Shown: positions 25,769-34,394 of the stretch, piece after piece
Layout of the letters: every line of letters starts with the position of its first letter
Numbering within the stretch: position 1 is the first letter of the stretch
NCBI GenBank assembly: GCA_964623465.1
Contig: CAZURZ010000002.1
Coordinates: 1-59,390 of the forward strand
Reading direction: 5' to 3'
DNA: 59,390 nt
Origin: an uncultured Elusimicrobia bacterium
GTDB taxonomy: Bacteria > Elusimicrobiota > Elusimicrobia > UBA1565 > UBA9628
Notes under the pieces: model-generated
Seen by the model: only the letters and a program-made list of their open reading frames with translations
Told to the model about the DNA's origin: nothing
The model's database searches: none
Made by a program: the position numbers and the translations under genes

Positions 25769-27286
25769 TCAGCGCGTCCAGCCCAACCAGGTCCCGAGGG
25801 CCGTCTTGGCGAACGGAGTCAGGCGCGTGCGGTTGTAGGCGTCGCCGAGCTTGCGCACGGCCTCGGCCTGCGTCGGATAGGGGTGGATGGTCGCTCCGAT
25901 GCCGGCGAGCCCGATGCCGTTGTTGATCGCCACCGAGACCTCGCTGATCATGTCTCCCGCGTGGGAGGCGACGATGGTCGCGCCGAGGATCCGGTCCGTG
26001 CCGTCCTCTGCCAGGATCTTCACGAATCCTTCGGTCTCCCCGTCCAGGATGGCGCGATCCACGTCCTGGAGGCTTTGCACGAAGGTCTTCGTCTTGAGGC
26101 CTTTCGCCAGCGCCTCCTTCTCATACAGCCCTACATGCGCGATTTCGGGATCCGTGTAGGTGCACCACGGGATCGTCAACGCGCTGAATCGCTTCCGCCC
26201 CATGAACAGGGCGTTTTGAATGACGATGCGCGCGGCGAAATCGGCGGTGTGCGTGAACTTGGGCTCGAGGCAGATGTCGCCGGCGGCGAAGATCCTGGGA
26301 TTGGCGGTGCGAAGATGGTCGTCGACCTTGACGCCCGACTTGTCGTAGGCCACGCCGACCGCGTCGAGCCCGAGACCCTCGGTGTTGGGCGTCCGGCCGA
26401 CCGCGACCAGGACCGCGTCGAACTCCTTCGAGCCCGAGGGCCCGTGCTTGCTCTTGAACCGGGCCGTCTTCACGGCGCCGGAACACTCGAGACGCTCGAT
26501 CTCGACGCAGCAGAGGAAATCGACCTCGTCGCGCTCAAGCGACTTGCGCACGATCTCGGCCGCGTCCTGATCCTCCCTCGACAGCATCCCGTGCATGGAC
26601 TCGAACAAGGTCACCTGCGATCCGAAGCGCGCGAAGGCCTGGGCCATCTCCACTCCGATCGGCCCCGCTCCGATGACGAGCAGGCGCTTGGGCAGTTCGG
26701 TCAGAGAGAAGACGGTCTCGTTGGTGAGGGCCGCGGCGTCCTCGAGGCCCGGAATGGGCGGATTCGCCGCTCGCGCGCCCGTGGCGATGACCGCGCGGGT
26801 GAAGCGCAGGGTCTTTCCCCCGACCTCGACCCGGTCGGAGGCGGCGAAACGGCCCTGGCCGACGAACACGTCCACGCCGAGTTTCTTGAAACGAGCCGCC
26901 GAGTCGTTCGCGCTGATGTCCGCTCGCAGGCGGCGCAGACGCTCCATGACGGCCGGGAAATCGACGGAGACTCCGTCGGGGACCTTGACGCCGAATTCTC
27001 CCGCGCGCCTCACCTGCGCGACCGCGCGCGAGGCCCTCAGCAGGGCTTTCGATGGCACGCAACCCGAGTTGAGGCAGTCTCCTCCCATCAGATGCCGCTC
27101 GATCAAGGCGACTTTCGCGCCCAGGCCCGCCGCGCCGGCTGCGGCGACGAGACCTGCGGTTCCGCCGCCGATGACCACGAGGTTGTAGCGCGGCGCCGGT
27201 TCGGGATTGACCCACTGCGGCGGGTGCACGTTGGAGAGCAGCTTCCGGTTGTGCTCATCCATGGGGGAGACCGGTTCGTCAGGCAT
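25769..27286 (-). CDS. FAD-dependent pyridine nucleotide-disulfide oxidoreductase (dihydrolipoyl dehydrogenase / mercuric reductase-like)
   Basis: GGGTAG dinucleotide fold, redox-active CLNSGCVPSK, a second NAD fold (VIGAGPIG) and a C-terminal dimerisation domain with HPYPT. Confidence 0.9.
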   Translation of the reverse strand: MPDEPVSPMDEHNRKLLSNVHPPQWVNPEPAPRYNLVVIGGGTAGLVAAAGAAGLGAKVALIERHLMGGDCLNSGCVPSKALLRASRAVAQVRRAGEFGVKVPDGVSVDFPAVMERLRRLRADISANDSAARFKKLGVDVFVGQGRFAASDRVEVGGKTLRFTRAVIATGARAANPPIPGLEDAAALTNETVFSLTELPKRLLVIGAGPIGVEMAQAFARFGSQVTLFESMHGMLSREDQDAAEIVRKSLERDEVDFLCCVEIERLECSGAVKTARFKSKHGPSGSKEFDAVLVAVGRTPNTEGLGLDAVGVAYDKSGVKVDDHLRTANPRIFAAGDICLEPKFTHTADFAARIVIQNALFMGRKRFSALTIPWCTYTDPEIAHVGLYEKEALAKGLKTKTFVQSLQDVDRAILDGETEGFVKILAEDGTDRILGATIVASHAGDMISEVSVAINNGIGLAGIGATIHPYPTQAEAVRKLGDAYNRTRLTPFAKTALGTWLGWTR

Positions 27287-27911
27287 TCAATCCTTCCTTC
27301 GGCGCCGTCGCGACCTTGGCGGCCAGCGCGCGCTTGGCGGTCCGGCCCACCAGCCACGCCGCGACGGCGGTGGCGATGAGGCCGCCGGCGTACAGCGCCC
27401 ACTCGGCCGGAGTGCGCGCGCGCGCGCCGCCCTTAACCGCCTCCCCCGCCGCGGCGCCGAGGTAGACGTAAAGGAAAGTGCCGGGCATCATCCCGACCCA
27501 GGAGGCCAACGCGTACTCGCCCAAACCCACCGTCGTCAGGCCGTAGCCGTAGTTGAGGAGGTTGAACGGAAGTACGGGCGATAAACGCGTCAAAAACACG
27601 ACCTTTCCGCCTTCGACGCCGATGGCCGCCGCGACGGCTGCGAAGGCGGGAAATCGTTCCAGACGGCGGGACACCCAGTCGCGCAAGAGATAGCGGCCCG
27701 TCAGAAACGCGGCGCACGCGCCGATAGTCGAGCCCGCCGAGACGAGCAGGAGACCCTTCCAAAGACCGAACGCAGCGCCGGCGCCCAACGTGAGCACGGA
27801 ACCAGGAAGGAAGGCGACGCAGGCCAGGACATAGAGCCCCACGAAGACCGCCTGGCCGAAGGGACCGGCCGCGGCGGTCCAGGCCAACGTCGACGCGAGA
27901 AATTCCCTCAT
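27279..27911 (-). CDS. TVP38/TMEM64 (DedA-related) family membrane protein
   Basis: 210-aa polytopic protein with the family pattern (FLPGSVLTLGAGAAFG ... RLSPVLPFNLLNYGYG). It overlaps the oxidoreductase start by 8 nt. Confidence 0.8.
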   Translation of the reverse strand: MREFLASTLAWTAAAGPFGQAVFVGLYVLACVAFLPGSVLTLGAGAAFGLWKGLLLVSAGSTIGACAAFLTGRYLLRDWVSRRLERFPAFAAVAAAIGVEGGKVVFLTRLSPVLPFNLLNYGYGLTTVGLGEYALASWVGMMPGTFLYVYLGAAAGEAVKGGARARTPAEWALYAGGLIATAVAAWLVGRTAKRALAAKVATAPKEGLNA

Positions 27912-27939
27912 ACCTCTCCGTTGCGACCGCGCCGCGATC

Positions 27940-27964
27940 CGTCCGACGGCTTCCTCGTCGGACG
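27940..27964. other. 9-bp perfect stem-loop between the DUF1223 operon end and the TVP38 gene start
   Basis: CGTCCGACG-gcttcct-CGTCGGACG with no flanking U-run. It could be a weak terminator or a 5'-UTR structure. Confidence 0.3.
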
Positions 27965-28021
27965 CAATGCTAACATAATCCCATCTTGACGTTGCTTATG
28001 GGCTGACGCGCTCAGGAGCCG

Positions 28022-28735
28022 TTAATCCTGCTTGAGGTAGCCCCCTGCGGCCTGCAAGGGCGCCGGATCGTCGCCGCGCGACACCCACGCGGCGACGCCC
28101 AGACGGCCCGCCCGAGCGGCCAAGTTCTTCTTGAACAGGAAAGCGGCCCGCCCGTTCTTGAGGGGCTGCCGTTCATGCGCCAACACGACGAAGTCGTGAC
28201 GCAGGACTCTTCCGCCGTTCTCGCCGCGCGAGACCGAAGAGGCGACGTCGAACCCGATCAGGACCGCGTGCGCGGTCAAACCGCCCGCGTCGGACCCGTT
28301 GGCCTTGAAGCGGACGACGCCGGAGGCGCCGTCCGAGCGCAGTTCGAGCGCGCCCGCGTCCGACTTCGGCTTGGCCAGAACCGCCGCGCTGCGGCCCGAA
28401 AGCGGGCGCCCGTTGAGGAGAAGCTCAGGGGTCAATAGGCGGCCGTAGGACTGCTGCCGGGCGGTGAATTCCGGGGAGGCGAGCTCATCGCGCCAACCCA
28501 GGTAGTCCCAGTAGTCCACATGAAAAGCCACCGGAACGAAATCCGTCCACAGCCCGGGCTCGCGGCGCAGCGCGCTCAACCAGGCGTCGGCGGGCGGACA
28601 GGAGCTGCAGCCCTCCGAACTGTACAACTCCAAGAGCGACGTCCCGCCGGGCGCGCTGCGGAAGACGCCTTCCGCGGCCCCCGCAGGAAGGCTCCACATA
28701 GACAGGGCGACCAGAGCCGCGGCACGTTTGATCAT
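28022..28735 (-). CDS. DUF1223-family secreted thioredoxin-fold protein
   Basis: ATG at 28735 gives signal peptide MIKRAAALVALSMWSLPAGAA. The hallmark ELYSSEGCSSCPPAD and HVDYWDYLGW motifs are present. Confidence 0.8.
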   Translation of the reverse strand: MIKRAAALVALSMWSLPAGAAEGVFRSAPGGTSLLELYSSEGCSSCPPADAWLSALRREPGLWTDFVPVAFHVDYWDYLGWRDELASPEFTARQQSYGRLLTPELLLNGRPLSGRSAAVLAKPKSDAGALELRSDGASGVVRFKANGSDAGGLTAHAVLIGFDVASSVSRGENGGRVLRHDFVVLAHERQPLKNGRAAFLFKKNLAARAGRLGVAAWVSRGDDPAPLQAAGGYLKQD

Positions 28736-28778
28736 GATAGTTCTCATGCCTACTATACGCATGCGGGCGCGGGCCGGG

Positions 28779-29036
28779 TTATTTTGCCGCGAACTTCCCG
28801 CCCTTCGCGTCGCAGTCCGCCTTCGTCAGCGCGAGCCAGCCCTTTCCCTTGCAGGCGTTCTTGCCCGCGCACGAGTGGCCGACCCCGCCGCACTCTCCCT
28901 GGCCCTTGCACGAATTGACGCCCGAGCACTCGCCCTTGACCTCGGCGACCGCTCCGCCCTTCTTCGCTCCCGCGCAGGCCGCCGACGCGGCCAAGGCGGC
29001 CAGGGCGACGCACGCCACCGCTCGATTCTTCGTCAT
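28779..29036 (-). CDS. small secreted six-Cys protein, bufferin-like (DUF2282-related / 6-Cys type)
   Basis: Signal peptide ends in an ASA|A site. The mature ~60 aa reads C-x5-C-x5-C-x6-C-x5-C-x12-C with repeated G.N.CKG.G units. HSCAGKNACKGKGW...CDAKGGK is reminiscent of DUF2282 metallophore precursors. Confidence 0.65.
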   Translation of the reverse strand: MTKNRAVACVALAALAASAACAGAKKGGAVAEVKGECSGVNSCKGQGECGGVGHSCAGKNACKGKGWLALTKADCDAKGGKFAAK

Positions 29037-29052
29037 AACTCCTCCTTATGAA

Positions 29053-29925
29053 TCACAGTCGTCCCGAAATCGATACCGCGAAGAATGGGGCTCCGTCGGC
29101 CTTGAGCTCGACTCCGGCCCCTTCATAGCGAAGCCGCCTCTGGAGCTGCCAGCCGCCGGACAACTCCGCGCGCGTACCGCGCCAATCCAGAGAGACGCCC
29201 CCTTCCGCGGAGACTTCCCGTCGGGTCAGCCGGCGGCCGTCGAGCTCCGGCCGGCCTCGGCGCGTCCCGAAATCCCGGGAAACGCGATGGCTTCCGCCGC
29301 TGAAGGCCAGGCCTGAGAACAGCTCGACGCGCTTGTCGCCGTCGTCCAACGCCCGGTACTCGACCCGCAGGCGCGGCGGGAGAAGGTTCAAGTTCCAGCG
29401 CCGGTTCAACCGCCAAACCGCGCCCGCGAACGGCGTCACGAGGCTTCCCGCGAATGGGTCCACGGCGAGGCCCGCCGCCAACCGCAAGCCCGGCGACTGG
29501 AGGTAGTTCAAGGTCACGTCCGAAGGCGCGTTGAAAGTCCGCCCGTCGAGGATGCGGTCGCCGTACGCTCCGGGGTTGGCGTTGATGAACACCCACCAGC
29601 GCGGGTCGAGAAGCCACTCGGCGCCCAGCCGCAACGACGCCGCCTGCAGCAGCGACGGCAAGGGCGCCCCGGCCGCGGCCAGCTCCGTCCTGCGGTAGCC
29701 GGCGCCCCCCATCAAGCTCAGGGCCTCCGAGACGGGCACGCGCGCGACGTAAGAGAACTCGGTCTCATCGATCCTCAGCCGTCCCCGGCCGGAGGCGCCT
29801 TCCGATGCGGCCGACGATCCGCCAAGCTTCTCTTGGAAAGAGTACTGATGCAGGAAAACCTCTTCCGCCCGCGCCGCGCCGACGGCCGACCACGCCGACA
29901 GCGCCACGACGATCAAGCGTTTCAT
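29053..29925 (-). CDS. outer-membrane beta-barrel-like protein, unknown family
   Basis: ATG at 29925 (GGAG 6 nt upstream) gives signal peptide MKRLIVVALSAWSAVGAARA. The sequence shows alternating amphipathic strands. Its stop lies 16 nt before the Cys-rich peptide gene. Confidence 0.5.
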   Translation of the reverse strand: MKRLIVVALSAWSAVGAARAEEVFLHQYSFQEKLGGSSAASEGASGRGRLRIDETEFSYVARVPVSEALSLMGGAGYRRTELAAAGAPLPSLLQAASLRLGAEWLLDPRWWVFINANPGAYGDRILDGRTFNAPSDVTLNYLQSPGLRLAAGLAVDPFAGSLVTPFAGAVWRLNRRWNLNLLPPRLRVEYRALDDGDKRVELFSGLAFSGGSHRVSRDFGTRRGRPELDGRRLTRREVSAEGGVSLDWRGTRAELSGGWQLQRRLRYEGAGVELKADGAPFFAVSISGRL

Positions 29926-30085
29926 CCGCATCTCCGCATCCCCTGGCGCCCGCATGCGCGTCGCGCTGCCAACAGTACGCGCGGCCGCGCCGTTTGGATT
30001 CATCGCGCCGCCGCGCGCCGCCTGCGGGAAGTATAATACGATGTCCGCCGTCGCCCCAACCAAGCCGACTGAGTCTGGAGGACGC

Positions 30086-30256
30086 ATGAATATGAAGACG
30101 ATAGTGATGGTGACGGCGATCGCCGCGCTCGCGGGCGCCGCGACGGGATGCTACTGGTGGAACAAGCCCGCCGCGAATTCGTCGACGGAGTCCTGCGCGG
30201 GGCTCGAAGGCACGCTCAAGTCGGACTGCGAGGCGCGCAAGACGGCTCCGCGCTGA
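30086..30256 (+). CDS. mini-lipoprotein (56-aa precursor)
   Basis: GGAGG lies upstream of the ATG at 30086. MNMKTIVMVTAIAALAGAATGC carries a lipobox-like sequence. The mature ~35 aa is CYWWNKPAANSSTESCAGLEGTLKSDCEARKTAPR. The stop lies 8 nt before the radical SAM gene. Confidence 0.45.
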   Translation: MNMKTIVMVTAIAALAGAATGCYWWNKPAANSSTESCAGLEGTLKSDCEARKTAPR

Positions 30257-30263
30257 AGCCGGC

Positions 30264-31592
30264 GTGATGCTCGATCCCATCGGCGCCGCGACCCGGCGCG
30301 CGCTCGCCCGGGCTTGGGAGCGCGTGCCCGAGGCCCTGCGGCGACCCGGGCAGTTCCTCGGCCGCCACTACGCGGGCTGCGGCGCCACGATCGGACTGAT
30401 GCCGCGCTGCGATCTTTCCTGCCGGGGCTGCTACCTGGGCTCGGAAGCCGACGCGGCGCGACCCAAGCCGCTCGAGGAGATCAAGGCTCAGGTCCGGATT
30501 CTGCGCGAATGGCTCGGCCCGGGCGGGAACCTCCAGATCACCGACGGCGAAGCGACCTTGCGGCCGGAGGCCGAGCTCGTCGAACTCATCTCTTACGCGC
30601 GCGCCCAGGGTCTCGTGCCCATGCTCATGACGCACGGGGAGACCCTCCGCCGCCGTCCGGGCATGCTCGAGCGGCTCATGGAGCGCGGCGGGCTCACCGA
30701 GATCTCGTTTCACGTGGACACCACGATGCGCGGGCGCCGGGGCGCTTACGGGACGGCGACCCGGGAGGAGGAGCTGCACGGGCTCCGGGCGGAATTCGCG
30801 GAGATGATCCGAGGCGCGCGGCGCAAGACGGGGCGAAAGCTCGAGGCCGCCTCGACGATGACCGTGCACCGGGGCAACCTCGACGAAGTGCCGGGCGTGG
30901 CGCGCTGGTATCTCGCCAATGCCGACGCTTTCAAGATGGCGAGCTTCCTTCCCGTGGCGCCGGTCGGACGCACGGAACAGGACCTGGATGGCGTCGGCGC
31001 CGAAGAGCTTTGGAAGCGCGTGGCCCGGGGCGCCGGACGGCCCGAACTGCTCGACGGTTCCGGCTTCCTCGGTCACCCGGCCTGCAGCCGCTTCGTCCAA
31101 GGCCTCGTTTTCGAAGGCCTGGGCGAAGCGCCCGTCTTCGAACCTCTTTATCAAGTGAATCGAAATGAGGACGCCCGGAGCCTGGAGGCTTTGCTGGCGC
31201 GGCTCGGCGGGGCGAGTTTCCGGCTCGACGGACGCGCGGCGGCGGCTCGCCGCGTCCTCGGGATGCTCGTGCGTCATCCCGGCTTTCTGGCGTCGAGCGC
31301 GCTGCCGCACGCGTGGAGGCTGCTCGGCCGCGCGAGCGACGGCCGGCCTTGGCCGCTGCTGGCCGGCCTGATCGGCGGCCGAGTCCGGGCGCGCTATTTC
31401 AACTTCGTGACCCACCACTTCATGAGCCGGGAGGAGACGGCGACTCCGCTCGGGCAGGAACGCCTATCTCTCTGCGCCTTCCAGGCGCCGGTGGACGGCC
31501 GGCTGACGCCGATGTGCGAGATCAACGCCTCCGGCCTGCGGCAGGACTACTACGAGGGGCGTCAGTCCCGCGAGTTGAGTTCCCAATCATAA
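30264..31592 (+). CDS. radical SAM protein, subfamily not assignable
   Basis: CDLSCRGCY (CxxxCxxC), followed by ITDGEATL, MLMTHGE and ISFHVD core strands. The long C-terminal extension has Cys residues (HPACS, LSLCAF, TPMCEIN) but no obvious SPASM CxxCxxxxxC pattern. Confidence 0.8.
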   Translation: MMLDPIGAATRRALARAWERVPEALRRPGQFLGRHYAGCGATIGLMPRCDLSCRGCYLGSEADAARPKPLEEIKAQVRILREWLGPGGNLQITDGEATLRPEAELVELISYARAQGLVPMLMTHGETLRRRPGMLERLMERGGLTEISFHVDTTMRGRRGAYGTATREEELHGLRAEFAEMIRGARRKTGRKLEAASTMTVHRGNLDEVPGVARWYLANADAFKMASFLPVAPVGRTEQDLDGVGAEELWKRVARGAGRPELLDGSGFLGHPACSRFVQGLVFEGLGEAPVFEPLYQVNRNEDARSLEALLARLGGASFRLDGRAAAARRVLGMLVRHPGFLASSALPHAWRLLGRASDGRPWPLLAGLIGGRVRARYFNFVTHHFMSREETATPLGQERLSLCAFQAPVDGRLTPMCEINASGLRQDYYEGRQSRELSSQS

Positions 31593-32272
31593 GGCAGGAA
31601 CTCGACTTTGAAGTCTTCCGGGATCTTCGACTCCCGGAAGCGATTGGCGTAGGAGATCAGCGAGGGCGCCGCGGCCAGGAAGTCTTCTTTGTACCAGTCC
31701 AGGATGGCGGAGAACCGGACGACGCGCGCCGCCTCGTCGACCTGCACATGCCTTCTTTCACCGAAGAACTCCACGGCCGCCCGGTTGAGCTGCGCCTGCA
31801 GAATTTCCGGCGAGAACGGCTCCCGGGGCAGTCGCGGGCAGCCGCGCACCATGCAGTTCAAGGCGAAGTGGACGCGGGGATCTCCCAAGGGGCGGATCAC
31901 CTTGTTTTCGAGCGCGTGAAGAGACAGCCGCCGCCCGCCCACGTCGTGACGAGAAAGGAAGAAGAACCGGACCTTGGACTTGGGCATCAGGCCCGAGTGC
32001 GCCGCGTGGCTCATCGCCAAGGCGTTGTAGGCGTTGAGGAGGTAGGCCAGACGCGGCGCCCCCTCGGGCACCGCCTCGGGAGCCGTCGCCGCGACGAAGT
32101 CCGTCTGCGCGCGCAGATCCGCGGGATCGGCTTTGACGGCGGCGAAGCCCACGCGCCCGCGCTCGTCGACGAAGCGCTCGAGCACGCGCGGCCACGACGG
32201 ATCATAGACGACGGGCGCGGGCGCGGCATGCCCGACCGAGACGACGAGCAAAGACAAAGCCGGGATGATCAT
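31562..32272 (-). CDS. DUF547-domain secreted protein
   Basis: ATG at 32272 gives signal peptide MIIPALSLLVVSVGHA. LLNAYNALAM, RVHFALNC...GCP and DWYKEDF are hallmarks of the family. Its 3' end overlaps the convergent radical SAM gene by 31 nt. Confidence 0.8.
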   Translation of the reverse strand: MIIPALSLLVVSVGHAAPAPVVYDPSWPRVLERFVDERGRVGFAAVKADPADLRAQTDFVAATAPEAVPEGAPRLAYLLNAYNALAMSHAAHSGLMPKSKVRFFFLSRHDVGGRRLSLHALENKVIRPLGDPRVHFALNCMVRGCPRLPREPFSPEILQAQLNRAAVEFFGERRHVQVDEAARVVRFSAILDWYKEDFLAAAPSLISYANRFRESKIPEDFKVEFLPYDWELNSRD

Positions 32273-32290
32273 AGGAGGCAAGGTTAGCAA

Positions 32291-33046
32291 ATGCTGCCTT
32301 TCATCGGCCCGTTCTGGACCTACGGCCTTTGCAGCGCGGCGGCCTTCGCGGGCTCGTTGTTGTGGCTCAAGTCCCGGCGAGAAGAACTCGGCCTCTCGGA
32401 AAACGCGTTCTGGGCGGCCGCCTGGAGCCTGGTTCTCGGCGCCATCGCCGGAGCCAAAGGCCTGTTCGTCGTCCTGGCCTGGGAGCACTACTCGTCGGGC
32501 CGGCTCCGTTTTTTCGCCGATTTCGGCGCGGGCTTCGTCTTCTTCGGAGGCCTCGCGGGCGCGACGCTCGCCGGCCTGCTCTTCGCTCGGATCATGAAGG
32601 CGTCCTTCCTGCGCGGCGCCGACTATTTCGCCGTCGTCTTGCCTCTGGGTCATGCGGTCGGACGTTTGGGATGCCTCGCGGCCGGCTGCTGCCCGGGCGC
32701 GCCCTCGAGCGCGCCCTGGGCCGTGCGATTCACGCACCCCGCCTGCCTCATTCCGGAGCCCCTTCGCGGAGTCCCCCTCCACCCCGTGCAGCTCTATGAG
32801 GCCGCCGGGCTGATCTTCGTCGGCCTGGCCGCGGCGCGGACCTTGAGCGCGACGCGCTCCGGCCGCTTGGCCGAGGGATCGGCCTTCCGCGTCTATCTCG
32901 CGCTCTACGGCGCGCTGCGGCTGCTGATGGACGCCCTACGAGGCGACGGGCGGCCCGAGCGATATTGGGGGCTGTCGCACCAACAGGGACTCGCCCTCCT
33001 TTGCATCGCGGCGGCGGCGCTGATGGGCGCGCGCGCCAAGAAATAG
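32291..33046 (+). CDS. lgt: prolipoprotein diacylglyceryl transferase family protein
   Basis: AGGAGG lies 11 nt upstream. Polytopic protein with HPVQLYEA and LRGDGRP motifs. The central motif is the variant GRLGCLAAGCCPG. Confidence 0.75.
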   Translation: MLPFIGPFWTYGLCSAAAFAGSLLWLKSRREELGLSENAFWAAAWSLVLGAIAGAKGLFVVLAWEHYSSGRLRFFADFGAGFVFFGGLAGATLAGLLFARIMKASFLRGADYFAVVLPLGHAVGRLGCLAAGCCPGAPSSAPWAVRFTHPACLIPEPLRGVPLHPVQLYEAAGLIFVGLAAARTLSATRSGRLAEGSAFRVYLALYGALRLLMDALRGDGRPERYWGLSHQQGLALLCIAAAALMGARAKK

Positions 33047-33055
33047 GGAAGCGGG

Positions 33056-33790
33056 CTACCGCGACAGTCCGATCGCGGCGCGCAACTCGCCGATCTCCGC
33101 GTCGGAATGTCCCTGGAGCCCGTAGGCGCCGTCCGGCGTGAACGACGGTTCCTGAAGCGCCCCATGACCCTCGGAGGAGATTTCCGGCTCGGGGAAATCG
33201 CCGGAAAGTCCGATGCGGCCGTGACAGATGCAGACGTAGGCGCGGCCCTCACGGACCTTCACGATGAAATCGGTTCCCAACGCCGTGACGCGGCTGTGCG
33301 GGGTCTTCACGCTGTAGCGGGCTCCGTTGCGGACCGCGTTGAGCAGCCAGCCCGAATCGACGACCACCTCGACGCCCCCGTCGCGCGCATGGACGCGCGC
33401 CCGCCCGCCCCGGCTGAGCCGGAAGCCGCCGGCGCCGCCGATGCGCACGACCGCCTCGCCGTCCGCGGCGACGGAGATCTCCTGGCCGCCGGAGACGCCG
33501 GCCCCCGCGGACGCGGGACGGCCTCCCACCGAGACGGCACCGGCCGTGGAAACGACCGTGATCGATTCCGAGCCGCGCGGGATCATGTAGACGGCAAGCA
33601 GGACGACCGCCGTCGCGGCCGCGAACGCCGGCAGCGCCCAACGACGGGAGACGAGCGGCGGGCGGACGTCGCCGCGCAGCGACGCCATGATCCTTCCCTT
33701 AAGAGCCGCGGGAGGCCTGCGCTCCGGCGCCGCGTGCGCCAGAAGCGCCGCGATCTCCGGATCCATGGGGTCGTGATCTTCCTGGTTCAT
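33056..33790 (-). CDS. anti-sigma factor with FecR-like periplasmic domain
   Basis: It starts 1 nt after the sigma-gene stop. It has an N-terminal cytoplasmic segment, one TM helix (ALPAFAAATAVVLLAV) and a FecR-type domain (VKTPHSRVTALGTDFIV). A C-terminal VCICHG motif is present. Confidence 0.7.
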   Translation of the reverse strand: MNQEDHDPMDPEIAALLAHAAPERRPPAALKGRIMASLRGDVRPPLVSRRWALPAFAAATAVVLLAVYMIPRGSESITVVSTAGAVSVGGRPASAGAGVSGGQEISVAADGEAVVRIGGAGGFRLSRGGRARVHARDGGVEVVVDSGWLLNAVRNGARYSVKTPHSRVTALGTDFIVKVREGRAYVCICHGRIGLSGDFPEPEISSEGHGALQEPSFTPDGAYGLQGHSDAEIGELRAAIGLSR

Positions 33791-33791
33791 G

Positions 33792-34394
33792 TCAAACGTG
33801 CGCCTTGAGCAGCTCCGCCAACTTTCTCATGCCCAGCCGCACGCGCGTCTTGACGGTTCCCAACGGCTCCCCCGTCTCGGCCGCGATCTGCGACTGGCTG
33901 AGTCCGTCGAAAAATGAAGCCTCGAGGGCGCGCCGTTGCTCGTCGGGGAGCGCGCTCAAAGCCCGCCTCACGACGGCCTGCGTTTCAGCGCGCAGCATGT
34001 CCTCGACGGCCATCGGCGCGTCGTCGGCCGGCTCGGGCGAGTCGGCCGCCGGCTGCGATTCGTGCCTCCTCAACACGGCGCGGCTGCGCAGCCTGTCCAG
34101 GCAACGGCTGCGCGTCATCGTCACGGACCAAGCGCGAACCGAGCCCCGCGCCGGATCATAACGGCCGGCTTCACGCCACATCTTGAGCATGACCTCCTGA
34201 ACGACTTCCTGCGCGTCTTCTTCGCTGCCGAGCATCCGGCAAGCCAGCGAGAACAGCAACGGCGACTGCAGGTCGTACAGCCGCGAGAAGGCGCTCTCGT
34301 CCCGCGCGCGGGCGACGCGGGACAGGCAGTCGGCCTCTTCGCCCAGCATGGCCCTCTGCTCAGATATACGCGCCGCGGCTTCGTCCGGATTCAT
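33792..34394 (-). CDS. ECF-type RNA polymerase sigma-70 factor
   Basis: ATG at 34394. Region 2 is FSRLYD...L...A..ML....DA.EVVQEV..K.W and region 4 is LP..QR.AL....F.GLSQSQIAAETG.PLGTVKTR. Confidence 0.85.
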   Translation of the reverse strand: MNPDEAAARISEQRAMLGEEADCLSRVARARDESAFSRLYDLQSPLLFSLACRMLGSEEDAQEVVQEVMLKMWREAGRYDPARGSVRAWSVTMTRSRCLDRLRSRAVLRRHESQPAADSPEPADDAPMAVEDMLRAETQAVVRRALSALPDEQRRALEASFFDGLSQSQIAAETGEPLGTVKTRVRLGMRKLAELLKAHV

